The notes under the pieces are model-generated. The model made no database searches. It was not told where the DNA came from and worked only from the letters and a program-made list of their open reading frames with translations. Both the position numbers and the translations under genes were made by a program. Shown here piece by piece: positions 1 through 12,293 of a stretch of DNA of 48,739 nt (position 1 is the stretch's first letter; each line of letters opens with the position of its first letter). This DNA is from Octopus bimaculoides (taxonomy: Eukaryota), in NCBI RefSeq assembly GCF_001194135.2, contig NC_068983.1, positions 58,613,371-58,662,109 of the forward strand, written 5' to 3'.

Positions 1-34
<34 letters not shown>

Positions 35-214
35 TTATGTGTATGTCTGGACGTATTTTGTGTGCGTGAGCGTGTGTGTGTGTGTGTGTGTGTTTGTGTG
101 TTTAAGTGCCTGTGTGTGTGTGTGTGTGAAATGTGCGCGCATGAGTGTGTGGGTATGTGTGTGCCTACCTGTGTAGGTGTTTGCCAAGGTGAATTTTGTG
201 TGCGTGAGCGTGTC

Positions 215-248
<34 letters not shown>

Positions 249-394
249 CGTGCGTATGAGTGTGTGCGTGGGGATATGTATGTGTCTGGCTGTATAAGTG
301 TGTGTGTGTTCTGGGTGCATTTGTGTGTGTGTGTGTGTGTGATACGTGTGCGCAGGGGTATGTGTATGTCTGCTTGTACACGTGTGTTTGGATG

Positions 395-430
<36 letters not shown>

Positions 431-774
431 ATCTGTGTGTGTGTGTGCGTGCATGAGTCATATGTGTGTATGTATCGGTATGTGAGTCTGACTGTAGTTG
501 TGTATGAGTGTGTGTCTGGTAATATATCTGGAAGTGTATTTGTGTGTACGCATTTAGAAGTGTGTGTGTATGTGTGAAAGTGTTTTGTGTGTGTGTGTGT
601 GTGTGTGTGTGTTCATGTGAGTATGTATGTGTATGTGCGCGCGGCTGAGTGTGTTTACGAATGTGTGAATGTGCGTTTGGGTGTGTGTGTGGTTTGTGTA
701 TCTGAACGTGTATGTGTGTGTATATGTGTGTGTGTGCATGTTTGTGTATGTGTGTGTGTGTGTGTGCATGTTTG
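1..774. repeat. Degenerate (TG)n microsatellite field
   Basis: Continuous TG-rich low-complexity sequence running up to the first gap (775-874); it accounts for all CV/HT-rich ORFs here. Confidence 0.95.
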
Positions 775-1752
775 NNNNNNNNNNNNNNNNNNNNNNNNNN
801 NNNNNNNNNNNNNNNNNNNNNNNNNNNNNNNNNNNNNNNNNNNNNNNNNNNNNNNNNNNNNNNNNNNNNNNNNNCACACGCTCCTTGTCTTGCTCACTAC
901 TACTCAGAAAATGTTGTTTTACCCGCATCTCATCTAAAGATTATCACATATATGCATGCCATCGAACTTCCCCAAACTAGACACCAATACCTAAGCATTA
1001 TCTACCCCTAATTAGATTATCTATGAAGAAAACCAAAGAATATCAATGTAAGTGATCCCCACAAATTATGAATCCACAAACACATTTCCTTTTTTAAGAA
1101 TGAAGGACAACCCAGGATAACGAGACTCGGGTATAAGAAATTCATCATCATGCATAACAAATGTATATTCCTTTCATCAGCTGGCAAATGGTTATCACTA
1201 TAGTTTCGACACTTGGGCAGTACTACTCAATCCGCCAGTATCAATAGCGTTAAAAACAAACACAGCCTGGGAATCCACTAGTAACAACATCAGAGTAAAA
1301 CAAATAGTCATAAGGTTTAGCTACAAAATAGTACTTAAAACAAAGCATGTATTCCAAAAGGACATAGACGACGAGATAATTTGGTTCTTAATCAACGTCA
1401 TTTCATGAACATGATATGATACCAAAAATAATATATTTATATATATACATGTGCGTTTATTTATCTGTTTCTTTTGTTAGGATATTCGTTGTTTCTGTGC
1501 GTAGTTTTATGTCTCAGTTTTACGTTGTTGGTCTTCACTTTTAGTTCCCGTTTGCCCTTCACCTCAGTGGTATTCGCTATATCACTGAATAACACTGACA
1601 CAACCAGAGGAGTAATAAGACTTTGAATGCACCAAAACTATGATGACTTTGGTTTCTATGGCTGATAATAGGATTTCCACGTATATTTGTCCTCGTCCTT
1701 TTTCGTGTTCAATTTCAATATATTTCATTTCTCTGTGTTTGTATGTGCGTTT

Positions 1753-2075
1753 GAAGGTGCACACCTTCGTAGTTACGAGTATTCAGCACACAATCGTAAG
1801 GTTATGACTTCAATTCCCAGCAGTGCATTGTACCCTTGAGCAAGACACTAATTTCACATTGTTGCAATCCATTCAGCCGACAAAATTGAGCTTTGCTTCT
1901 AATTCAAAGGGCTAGACTTGTCACATTCTGTTTCACACTGAATCTCCCTGAGGACTACATTAAAAGTACGCGTATCTATGGAGTACTCAGCCACTTGCAT
2001 GTTTATTCCATGGGCAGGTTGTTCCGTTGATCGGATCAACTGGAACACACATCGTCGTCACCAACAGAGTGCCAA
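1753..2075 (+). mobile_element. tRNA-derived SINE, family E (CCTTGAGCAAGACAC-type middle plus shared D/E tail)
   Basis: B-box-like GACTTCAATTCC, a middle CCCTTGAGCAAGACAC, and the tail ...GTTCCGTTGATCGGATCAACTGGAAC...GAGTGCCAA shared with the copies at 16472, 21545, 32459 and 35950. Confidence 0.85.
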
Positions 2076-2163
2076 TTAGAGTCTGTATGTGTGCGTGTGT
2101 GTACACATGTGTGTGCGTGCATGTATTTGTGCATCTGTGAGAACAAGAACAATGAAATATATA

Positions 2164-2587
2164 CCGTAAATCCTCGAGTATAGTCCACCCCTGAGTATAA
2201 TACGCAGGGATTTTTAGGGGGCTGTACCTCTGAAAAACTTAAACCTTGTGTATAATACGCACCCCTTCTCTAGCTTGAGTCAAGGAGGTCTATATAATGT
2301 CCTTGGTTTGTAAACGTATATATGATAACGTCCTTTATTACTATTGTATATATAACATAATGCAATCGTGTAGCTTTGTTGTGCACTTTGTTTGCAGAAA
2401 ATAAAGAAATAACAGTAAAAACGTCAGTGAAAAATAAATATTAAGTAAATTACCTTTACATATTTATCACTTAGAAAATTTTGCTTAGAAAATATTTTTC
2501 ATTTTTAACCTCGTGTATAGTACGCACTAGAAATTTTGACCTTTAAATTTTGGGGAAAAAGTGTGGATTATATTTGAGGATTGACGG
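2164..2587. mobile_element. MITE of Tc1/mariner-pogo (Tigger-like) type
   Basis: Imperfect ~25-bp TIRs: TA|CCGTAAATCCTCGAGTATAGTCCAC versus the reverse complement of the right end TA|CCGTCAATCCTCAAATATAATCCAC. TA on both flanks; no ORF. Confidence 0.85.
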
Positions 2588-3309
2588 TAAGTACGAATAT
2601 ATTCATTCAAAATACACTTGGCTATATAAACATTAACATCAAAATGAATAACAATTTATTCCCAAAGTTGATGTCTGTGTATGTATATATATATATATAT
2701 ATATATGCGATAACTTATGCACCAATACATATAATATATCATTAATATACTGATACATTTAAAAATTTGTACAGTGCCGGTGTAAGCTGCAGATCTGAAT
2801 ATTTTGAAGGTCAACGTATAGCAAATTATCAATTTTCATGCTTTGTTAGTATATATTATTATTTTTTACTGATATTCATCGAAGCAACTTCAATATGTAA
2901 ATCATATGACTTCGTGTGAATTAAGTTAGATTTTCTACATGACTATGAAATATTACATTTTAGTTTTATGGCGACTATTGTTAAATGAAACCGAGTGATG
3001 CTTTAAAATATTCAAATCTGTGCAGCCAATTTGATAACCAAGCAACGCAACTGAGAATTCGGGGTATATTATAATCTGCTACGTTAATTTCACTTGCAAG
3101 ACTAAGTTCCATACGTATGTATGTATGTATGTGTGTATGTATGTATGTATGTACATACTTATGTATATGTATGTGTGTGTGTGTTTATGCGTGTGTGTGC
3201 ATGTATGTATACATGTACATAAAACATTCACCGAGCGTCAATCTAATATATTCATTGTGTAAGTCTAATGGAGTTTCGCTGCTTTTATCTAGTTTTTTTA
3301 ATTTTTGAT

Positions 3310-3590
3310 TTGACTAAATATACATAAATGTATGTATGTGTATATATATATATGTATGTGAGTATATATGTATCTATGTGTATGTAGTTAATATCTACAT
3401 GCATATGTATGTATATATCTGTATGAGTATATATTATGCGTGTGCGTGTTTGTACATAATATATGCAAACAAATGTGTGGTATAACCGAAGGTCACATTT
3501 ATATATATACATACAAACATATATATGCATACACATAATACTTACACACATGCATGCATCTCTATAGATAAACACACACATATACCCACA

Positions 3591-3652
<62 letters not shown>

Positions 3653-3654
3653 TG

Positions 3655-3719
<65 letters not shown>

Positions 3720-3755
3720 TGTAATATATATATATATATATATATATAGAACTGT
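3310..3755. repeat. Compound (TA)n/(TG)n/(GA)n microsatellite with a higher-order unit
   Basis: From ~3595 the unit (TA)n(GA)nACTGT(AA) occurs three times before the gap. Confidence 0.9.
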
Positions 3756-4529
3756 NNNNNNNNNNNNNNNNNNNNNNNNNNNNNNNNNNNNNNNNNNNNN
3801 NNNNNNNNNNNNNNNNNNNNNNNNNNNNNNNNNNNNNNNNNNNNNNNNNNNNNNNNNNNNNNNNNNNNNNNNNNNNNNNNNNNNNNNNNNNNNNNNNNNN
3901 NNNNNNNNNNNNNNNNNNNNNNNNNNNNNNNNNNNNNNNNNNNNNNNNNNNNNNNNNNNNNNNNNNNNNNNNNNNNNNNNNNNNNNNNNNNNNNNNNNNN
4001 NNNNNNNNNNNNNNNNNNNNNNNNNNNNNNNNNNNNNNNNNNNNNNNNNNNNNNNNNNNNNNNNNTATACACATATATAAATATTTGGGCGAGGGCTGAA
4101 GCAATGAAAAATGTTAAATAAAGTTCCCAAGAAGGAAACCATCTATACTAACACAGTGAAGATCTTATTAACTTGTGTATGTGTGTACGTGTTTGTGAGT
4201 GCATTTGCGTGTGTATAAATATGTGAATGCGTGTGGCATATTGGTTATTGGGTAAATATCATGAAAGTTGTGTGTTCAATTCTTGAAATAGCTGGAACGT
4301 TGTCACCCTGGGTTATACACTTCATTTTCCTTTGCTTCTGTCTGCCAGCCTTAGGTTGTGTACCACCAAGAAGGCGGGGAAGGTTTTAGCCCGACAATGA
4401 ACTTGCTACTTTCTAGGGAAAGTCATGCACTGCTAGGTGCTTTTATGCGTTACAGTCCAGGATAAGTTTCAGCCTAATAACTCAGTAGGATCTCCACACT
4501 TTAATATATACATATGTATATATCTATGC

Positions 4530-4572
<43 letters not shown>

Positions 4573-4620
4573 TGTGTGTATGTGTGTGTGTGTATGTATA
4601 CACACACACACACACACACT

Positions 4621-4664
<44 letters not shown>

Positions 4665-5519
4665 ATAAATANNNNNNNNNNNNNNNNNNNNNNNNNNNNN
4701 NNNNNNNNNNNNNNNNNNNNNNNNNNNNNNNNNNNNNNNNNNNNNNNNNNNNNNNNNNNNNNNNNNNNNNNNNNNNNNNNNNNNNNNNNNNNNNNNNNNN
4801 NNNNNNNNNNNNNNNNNNNNNNNNNNNNNNNNNNNNNNNNNNNNNNNNNNNNNNNNNNNNNNNNNNNNNNNNNNNNNNNNNNNNNNNNNNNNNNNNNNNN
4901 NNNNNNNNNNNNNNNNNNNNNNNNNNNNNNNNNNNNNNNNNNNNNNNNNNNNNNNNNNNNNNNNNNNNNNNNNNNNNNNNNNNNNNNNNNNNNNNNNNNN
5001 NNNNNNNNNNNNNNNNNNNNNNNNNNNNNNNNNNNNNNNNNNNNNNNNNNNNNNNNNNNNNNNNNNNNNNNNNNNNNNNNNNNNNNNNNNNNNNNNNNNN
5101 NNNNNNNNNNNNNNNNNNNNNNNNNNNNNNNNNNNNNNNNNNNNNNNNNNNNNNNNNNNNNNNNNNNNNNNNNNNNNNNNNNNNNNNNNNNNNNNNNNNN
5201 NNNNNNNNNNNNNNNNNNNNNNNNNNNNNNNNNNNNNNNNNNNNNNNNNNNNNNNNNNNNNNNNNNNNNNNNNNNNNNNNNNNNNNNNNNNNNNNNNNNN
5301 NNNNNNNNNNNNNNNNNNNNNNNNNNNNNNNNNNNNNNNNNNNNNNNNNNNNNNNNNNNNNNNNNNNNNNNNNNNNNNNNNNNNNNNNNNNNNNNNNNNN
5401 NNNNNNNNNNNNNNNNNNNNNNNNNNNNNNNNNNNNNNNNNNNNNNNNNNNNNNNNNNNNNNNNNNNNNNNNNNNNNNNNNNNNNNNNNNNNNNNNNNNN
5501 NNNNNNNNNNNNNNNNNNN

Positions 5520-5574
<55 letters not shown>

Positions 5575-5630
5575 TATACATGAAATGAAATACAGAAGCT
5601 ACTAGGTGTAAACCATTCGTTTTATTATCC

Positions 5631-5704
<74 letters not shown>

Positions 5705-5705
5705 A
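5520..5705. repeat. (GATA)n, (TA)n and (GA)n microsatellites
   Basis: Directly visible tandem arrays separated by a short unique spacer. Confidence 0.95.
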
Positions 5706-5810
5706 AGATTTGTCACAAGCCTATTTATGTATGATTGAATGTGTATATAAATGAGTGCGTGCATATATATGTGCGTCCATGCGTGTGTGTACCTCTTAGA
5801 GTGGATATTG

Positions 5811-6002
5811 TGTTAGATCACACAACGCTGCTTTATTTACCACAAGAGGACCCCTCATATAGACTTGTGGTGGCACAAAACCACACATGCTCATATCGCT
5901 TGCAGTTGATACCTATCCACTATGGTCCCTCGGAACTGCCAGATCACGTGATTTTGCACCTCCTTGGGTTTGTTAATGACAAGCCCCCAGCAGGACATAA
6001 CA
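5811..6002 (-). mobile_element. Candidate solo LTR
   Basis: Bounded by TGTTA...TAACA. The minus strand has a TATATGA motif followed by AATAAA about 25 nt before the terminal CA. No matching TSD is visible. Confidence 0.35.
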
Positions 6003-7636
6003 GGTGGTTCCCTCATCAACGATAAATACAATATCAGTATCTAGTAATGCACTGCTAATTAATAGCAACAGAAACAGTACTGATAGTAAAAGGTATTCTT
6101 ACATAATTCATAAATTGTTTATAAGTTATAACATGTAGACATTTTCAAGTTTAGAAGTAAATTGTTTCGTATATTAAAACAGATTTGTTTCTTCATATAC
6201 TGATTGAAGTGGAGTCCTCCGTACCCTACACAAAACGAACACAATGAAAATAGAAACATGAGCTTCATTCAAGCAATATCCATCATCCACTCCCGATTAC
6301 TAGGTACACAAGGAAAGGATGTTGCGATGCCCAGCACATTCCAAACTGTCATCATCTCATTGTGGAATGCTTCCCTGCCTCTGCTGCATTAGTGTTTCCC
6401 TGGGGATATAATGATTTTTCTATTTTATTGTCGTTGGTTTGGCTGCAAGTTTTGCTGCTGCTGCTGTTAGTCATGTCGTGGTGGTTTCGAGATTTTTGTT
6501 TNNNNNNNNNNNNNNNNNNNNNNNNNNNNNNNNNNNNNNNNNNNNNNNNNNNNNNNNNNNNNNNNNNNNNNNNNNNNNNNNNNNNNNNNNNNNNNNNNNN
6601 NNNNNNNNNNNNNNNNNNNNNNNNNNNNNNNNNNNNNNNNNNNNNNNNNNNNNNNNNNNNNNNNNNNNNNNNNNNNNNNNNNNNNNNNNNNNNNNNNNNN
6701 NNNNNNNNNNNNNNNNNNNNNNNNNNNNNNNNNNNNNNNNNNNNNNNNNNNNNNNNNNNNNNNNNNNNNNNNNNNNNNNNNNNNNNNNNNNNNNNNNNNN
6801 NNNNNNNNNNNNNNNNNNNNNNNNNNNNNNNNNNNNNNNNNNNNNNNNNNNNNNNNNNNNNNNNNNNNNNNNNNNNNNNNNNNNNNNNNNNNNNNNNNNN
6901 NNNNNNNNNNNNNNNNNNNNNNNNNNNNNNNNNNNNNNNNNNNNNNNNNNNNNNNNNNNNNNNNNNNNNNNNNNNNNNNNNNNNNNNNNNNNNNNNNNNN
7001 NNNNNNNNNNNNNNNNNNNNNNNNNNNNNNNNNNNNNNNNNNNNNNNNNNNNNNNNNNNNNNNNNNNNNNNNNNNNNNNNNNNNNNNNNNNNNNNNNNNN
7101 NNNNNNNNNNNNNNNNNNNNNNNNNNNNNNNNNNNNNNNNNNNNNNNNNNNNNNNNNNNNNNNNNNNNNNNNNNNNNNNNNNNNNNNNNNNNNNNNNNNN
7201 NNNNNNNNNNNNNNNNNNNNNNNNNNNNNNNNNNNNNNNNNNNNNNNNNNNNNNNNNNNNNNNNNNNNNNNNNNNNNNNNNNNNNNNNNNNNNNNNNNNN
7301 NNNNNNNNNNNNNNNNNNNNNNNNNNNNNNNNNNNNNNNNNNNNNNNNNNNNNNNNNNNNNNNNNNNNNNNNNNNNNNNNNNNNNNNNNNNNNNNNNNNN
7401 NNNNNNNNNNNNNNNNNNNNNNATATATATATATATATAAGCACGTTAATATCGACCACTGGGAATGAATGTTCAACACCGGATTGTTGGATGATTATCT
7501 TAATTTGTGGGTTAACAAGTCCACCATTGGTTTCATGTAGTGAAAAATCTCTCTACAGTTATCAACTTGGCACATAGGAACGTTGGTACTCATCACCATC
7601 TTGGATAAAAATACACACACACACACATGTGTATAC

Positions 7637-7693
<57 letters not shown>

Positions 7694-8765
7694 TGTATGC
7701 GTGTATGTATGTATATAAATATGTATACATTAAGTATATAAATTAATCAGGCAAGCTTACTGCTTACTTCTATGTTTCCATACACACAAAATGTAGGCTG
7801 TACAGACTTACAAACAACCAACAAGAGTTATAAAGTACGAAGTACTCAATAGAAAGCATAGAGCAATATAGTGAATAATGATTAAAGTCATACAAATCCA
7901 TTGATACTTAATATTTTACTGCAAATACTTCATTCATCAGAGATAGTGGTTGGAACGCATTTTGACACGTCTGTAAGTTATTCACTTGTTTGTCTAGTAA
8001 TTTTCTTTTTTTTTTTTTGGTTTTGGCCTACAGTTTTTGCATAACACTTCTTGAATAATTCATTATTTTAGGTTTCCTATAATTATTCTATGATCTTTCA
8101 CTAATAATTAAGGTAAAAGGAGAATTATATTATTCAATGAGATCGATTTATTTTTCCTAAACAATATCTTTCCAGAATAATTGTTACCACACAATCATTT
8201 AAACATTCGAATACTATTCTTATGCTCAGTTATTCATACGTTAATAATTTTATAAAGCTCGATATCTCTGACTGTTGTGTTTACAAAGAATTATTTTTTA
8301 AAAAAACCTTTAATCTCACTATTCCGAGAATTATATAATAAACAGAAAAGCACTTTATGAGTGTAAACCACCGTTTAGTTAATTCGTGTTTCTGTACAAC
8401 ACCAAATAATTTTTTTAATAAAAATTGTTTATGAATACTTAATAATAATATTTTTTTGACACAATCTCCTCCACGTGTATATTATATTCATTTAATCGTC
8501 TGTCATTTTATCACAGCCATGCCGGGGCACCATTTCTTATTTTATGTCTGGTATTCTGTCATTCTCTATTTTTTGGACCGTTATGTTACAGAATGTATAG
8601 AAGCAAAAACCTGTTGAAAGGCAGAGAAAGATTAATGCAAAAGACTCAGGTGTATACATATTTGTGAAGTAAGACAGGAGCGGTTCTTTGCTGGCTCTTC
8701 TTTCTTTTCTTATGTGCTTTATTCCTTTCCCATCCACTTTTCATTGTCCCTTCTTTGACTTCCTT

Positions 8766-8803
8766 CTATTATTTGACGAAGGACTATATCCGAAACGTTA
8801 TAC
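8766..8803 (+). ncRNA. Minimal hammerhead-ribozyme-like motif (Penelope type, C3>U)
   Basis: TTGACGA(8773-8779)-A-GGA-CTATA-TCC-GAAAC-GTT-ATA: 3-bp stem II, palindromic AACGTT stem III and a 3-bp stem I (TAT/ATA). Confidence 0.5.
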
Positions 8804-9289
8804 TTTCAGTCTGTCATTTTTATTCAATAATTTTTTCCTACTTTGAGCATCAACTTCATGATATTAACTGCGAACTTTATTCACTGTTCTTTTATTACTT
8901 TGTGTTTTGTATTGATTTCCTCTGTGTGTGTGTGACTGGCATCTAACAAATACACACACAAGGTATTGGTTAATTGGGGGATTTAATAGAAGACAGTGAC
9001 GTTGCAACGCAGTGCACCTAAGACTTGGCTGTTGAGATACAAACTTCTTTCACATAGCCAAGCGACCCTGTTACAACACTTACACACATCAAATGAAAGA
9101 TATGCAAATATTTTTCAAAGATATGATTTCGCCTGTCATCTCGAGTTCCCTAAAAACGACTGTTCTATATATGCACAGCTTATCACGGAGAAGAATTTGA
9201 AGGGATATAAATAATACAAAGCAACGTTACAATAGGAACAAAGCAGAACAAACAATGTGTGATGGCCAAAGGCCTTTTGAGAGTGCTAA

Positions 9290-9810
9290 AGAGCCTACGA
9301 TGCAGAGGACTGTGAGTTGTTTTATGGTGTTATACGTGAAGTCTAGGGGCACCAACTTCCGATGAAGTTTCTTATTTCTTTATTGCTCACAAGGGGGCTA
9401 AACATAGAGGGGACAAAAAGGACAGACAAAAGGATTAAGTCGATTACATCGACTCCAGTGCGTAACTGGTACTTAATTTATCGACCCCGAAAGGATGAAA
9501 GGCAAAGTTGACCTCGGTGGAATTTGAATTCAGAACTTAACGGCAGACAGAATATTGCTAAGCATTTCGCCCGGCGTGCTAACATTTCTGCCAACCTGCT
9601 GCCTTGTAGTTTCTATGACGCAGAAGGACAACACTATCATCAAAGAACCAGAGACAATCCGGCACCAATGGCAAGAACACTTCACTAATTTGTTTGGCAG
9701 CTCATCATCAATCAATTCCAGAGAGCCTTTCTCAACTAAATATAAAATTCACAATGGATCGGTCACCGTCTAAGATGAAAAGGGTTCTCAAAAACATAAA
9801 TGCCCGTAGG
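9290..9810 (+). pseudogene. RTE-clade LINE ORF remnant (endonuclease-RT linker), split by a SINE
   Basis: Conceptual translation RAYDAEDCELFYGVIREV*G ... KDNTIIKEPETIRHQWQEHFTNLF ... DRSPSKMKRVLKNINARRA resembles the RTE linker motif (L..RW.EHF..LL ... PPT..EV..AIK.L). Contains stops and frameshifts. Confidence 0.65.
9373..9604 (-). mobile_element. SINE family A (tail type 1)
   Basis: Reverse complement of the family-A consensus best seen at 33387. Near-TSD TGAAGTTTCT (9363-9372) / TGTAGTTTCT (9605-9614). Confidence 0.9.
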
Positions 9811-11009
9811 GCATTCATGTGCATATATATGTGTGTGCGTGTGTGTGTATGTATGTATATATATATATATATATATNNNNNNNNNNNNNNNNNNNNNNNN
9901 NNNNNNNNNNNNNNNNNNNNNNNNNNNNNNNNNNNNNNNNNNNNNNNNNNNNNNNNNNNNNNNNNNNNNNNNNNNNNNNNNNNNNNNNNNNNNNNNNNNN
10001 NNNNNNNNNNNNNNNNNNNNNNNNNNNNNNNNNNNNNNNNNNNNNNNNNNNNNNNNNNNNNNNNNNNNNNNNNNNNNNNNNNNNNNNNNNNNNNNNNNNN
10101 NNNNNNNNNNNNNNNNNNNNNNNNNNNNNNNNNNNNNNNNNNNNNNNNNNNNNNNNNNNNNNNNNNNNNNNNNNNNNNNNNNNNNNNNNNNNNNNNNNNN
10201 NNNNNNNNNNNNNNNNNNNNNNNNNNNNNNNNNNNNNNNNNNNNNNNNNNNNNNNNNNNNNNNNNNNNNNNNNNNNNNNNNNNNNNNNNNNNNNNNNNNN
10301 NNNNNNNNNNNNNNNNNNNNNNNNNNNNNNNNNNNNNNNNNNNNNNNNNNNNNNNNNNNNNNNNNNNNNNNNNNNNNNNNNNNNNNNNNNNNNNNNNNNN
10401 NNNNNNNNNNNNNTATATATATATATATATATATCTAATCAAATGGAAAATAAATCGAATAAATTTAGCGAAAAATAATTCTTAAGTGAATGTTAAAATA
10501 ATCATAGAAGGTCGGAGGGAAATAGAGAAGGAGAGGAGGGACTGGTGGGATGTAGATGCGTTTATGACATTTATTAGATAGGTCAGAGAAATATAAAAGT
10601 TATTGAGACGAACGTCGTAAATTTACGATAGGAAATAATATGTAATGTAATACATGTAATATATATTAAATATTATAATATATAAATATGTAGTTAATAG
10701 TGTGGAAAAAATATAAGAATGTAAATAACTGGAAATAATTTATTAAAATGAAATTGATAAACTAGTGACATGTATTATCAGGTTAAATGTAATAGGAATT
10801 GAATAGAGATGAACTGAAGATATATTTGTAGATGTATATGAATGAAATTAGTATTCTGAATGTGATTTCAACATTGAACATATAAATAAATAAATCATAT
10901 AATAATTTTTACATTAGTATATACTCCCACGNNNNNNNNNNATACAGACGTATACATACATACAGACTCAGGTATTGTGAATAGCTACAATAGCAATAAC
11001 ATTAATAAT

Positions 11010-11198
11010 AATCATTTCTGGAAAGATGGAATTTTGAAGAGGATTTTGTCCAACATGTCGAGCCCAGTGTCCATTTGCATTATAAAGAATGTAAAATAAA
11101 GTTGATCACGGTGGAATAGAAACTCAGAATGTAACAACGGACGAAATGCCGCTAAGCCTTTTGTCCGGTATGCTGACGATTCCACAAGCTCACCACCT
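11010..11198 (-). mobile_element. SINE family A, degenerate
   Basis: Contains ACTCAGAATGTAAC..GACGAAATGCCGCTAAGC..CCGG.ATGCT, matching the reverse complement of the family-A head. Confidence 0.7.
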
Positions 11199-11586
11199 TA
11201 ATAATATTGAGGTATATTATTTAAAGAAGTGATATAGCAATAACATTATTCTCATTGTTTACTTGATGTTTATATTTGTGAGAGAGAGAGAAGACCATCC
11301 TCTCAGTACAAGCCGCTTTTTGGCATAGGTAATTCGTTGTCATTTAATTGCATAAGTACATGGCAAGAAGGTCGCCTACTTCTGACACATTAATAACATC
11401 GACAAGACTTCTAGATTCTTCTAATCCAAAAGCGGGATCCAAGTAGGCTACAGTTTTTCCCAGCTAATAATATATTTTTGGCTTCTGACTGGCCGATAGT
11501 TTTATAAAGGACATTAGGTTGGAATGAAGTGTAATAATACACAGTCACATGGGAAGTACTTACAAAATTGTTTCTTAAGAGATATC

Positions 11587-11997
11587 TTTTATTCTCTTAT
11601 TTTTTTACTTGTTTCAGTCATTTGACTGCAGCCATGCTGAACCACCACCTTTTAGTCAAGCAAATCGACGCCAGAGCTTATTGTTTATAAGCCTAGTACA
11701 TATTCTATCAGTTTCTTTTTGCCGCACCGCTAGCTTATGGGGATGTAAACACACCAGCATCGGATGTCAAGCAATGGTAAGCGGGGGGGGACAAACACAG
11801 ACACTCAAACACACACACACACATATATATATACATATATACGATGGGCTTCTTGCAGTTTCCGTCTACCAAATCCACTCACAAGGCTTTGGTCGGTCCG
11901 AGCTTATAGTAGAAGGCACTTGCCCAAGGTGCCATGCAGTGGGACTGAACCATGTGGCTGGTAAACAAACTACTTACCACACAGCCACTCCTGGGCC
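11587..11997 (-). mobile_element. SINE family B (tRNA-like head, internal microsatellite, AAAAGAGT-type tail)
   Basis: Full-length similarity to the + strand copy at 38103-38499. Confidence 0.9.
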
Positions 11998-11999
11998 TA

Positions 12000-12037
<38 letters not shown>

Positions 12038-12293
12038 GCATGTATTAAAGGAAAAGGAAAACAAAATCAAGGCAGGACGAGTATCTCAGGTCAATTAGAA
12101 TATTTAATTAGAGTAAATGGAGAAGTAGAATTAACTAATGTCTTACACCTATTTCTGTGATATCCCAGGTGATGGTTCAACATCCCTATACACTGGGTTT
12201 TCCATCATCAGAGACAAAGTGAGTATGCAGGTAAGATCCAGACAGAGAATTCAGTGTATAAAAGAACAAAGCAGTCGATAGAAGAGTAAAGGC

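Noticed and set aside
55-213. 21-bp exact repeat ATTTTGTGTGCGTGAGCGTGT at 55-75 and 193-213
   Set aside because: Ordinary slippage duplication within a TG microsatellite.
5735-6025. 96-aa ORF in non-repeat sequence
   Set aside because: It starts in a TG/TA tract, has no recognisable domain, and overlaps the LTR-like segment.
6030-6270. Minus-strand frame MKLMFLFSLCSFCVG... resembling a signal peptide
   Set aside because: Under 60 codons, AT-rich, no recognisable mature domain; expected by chance.
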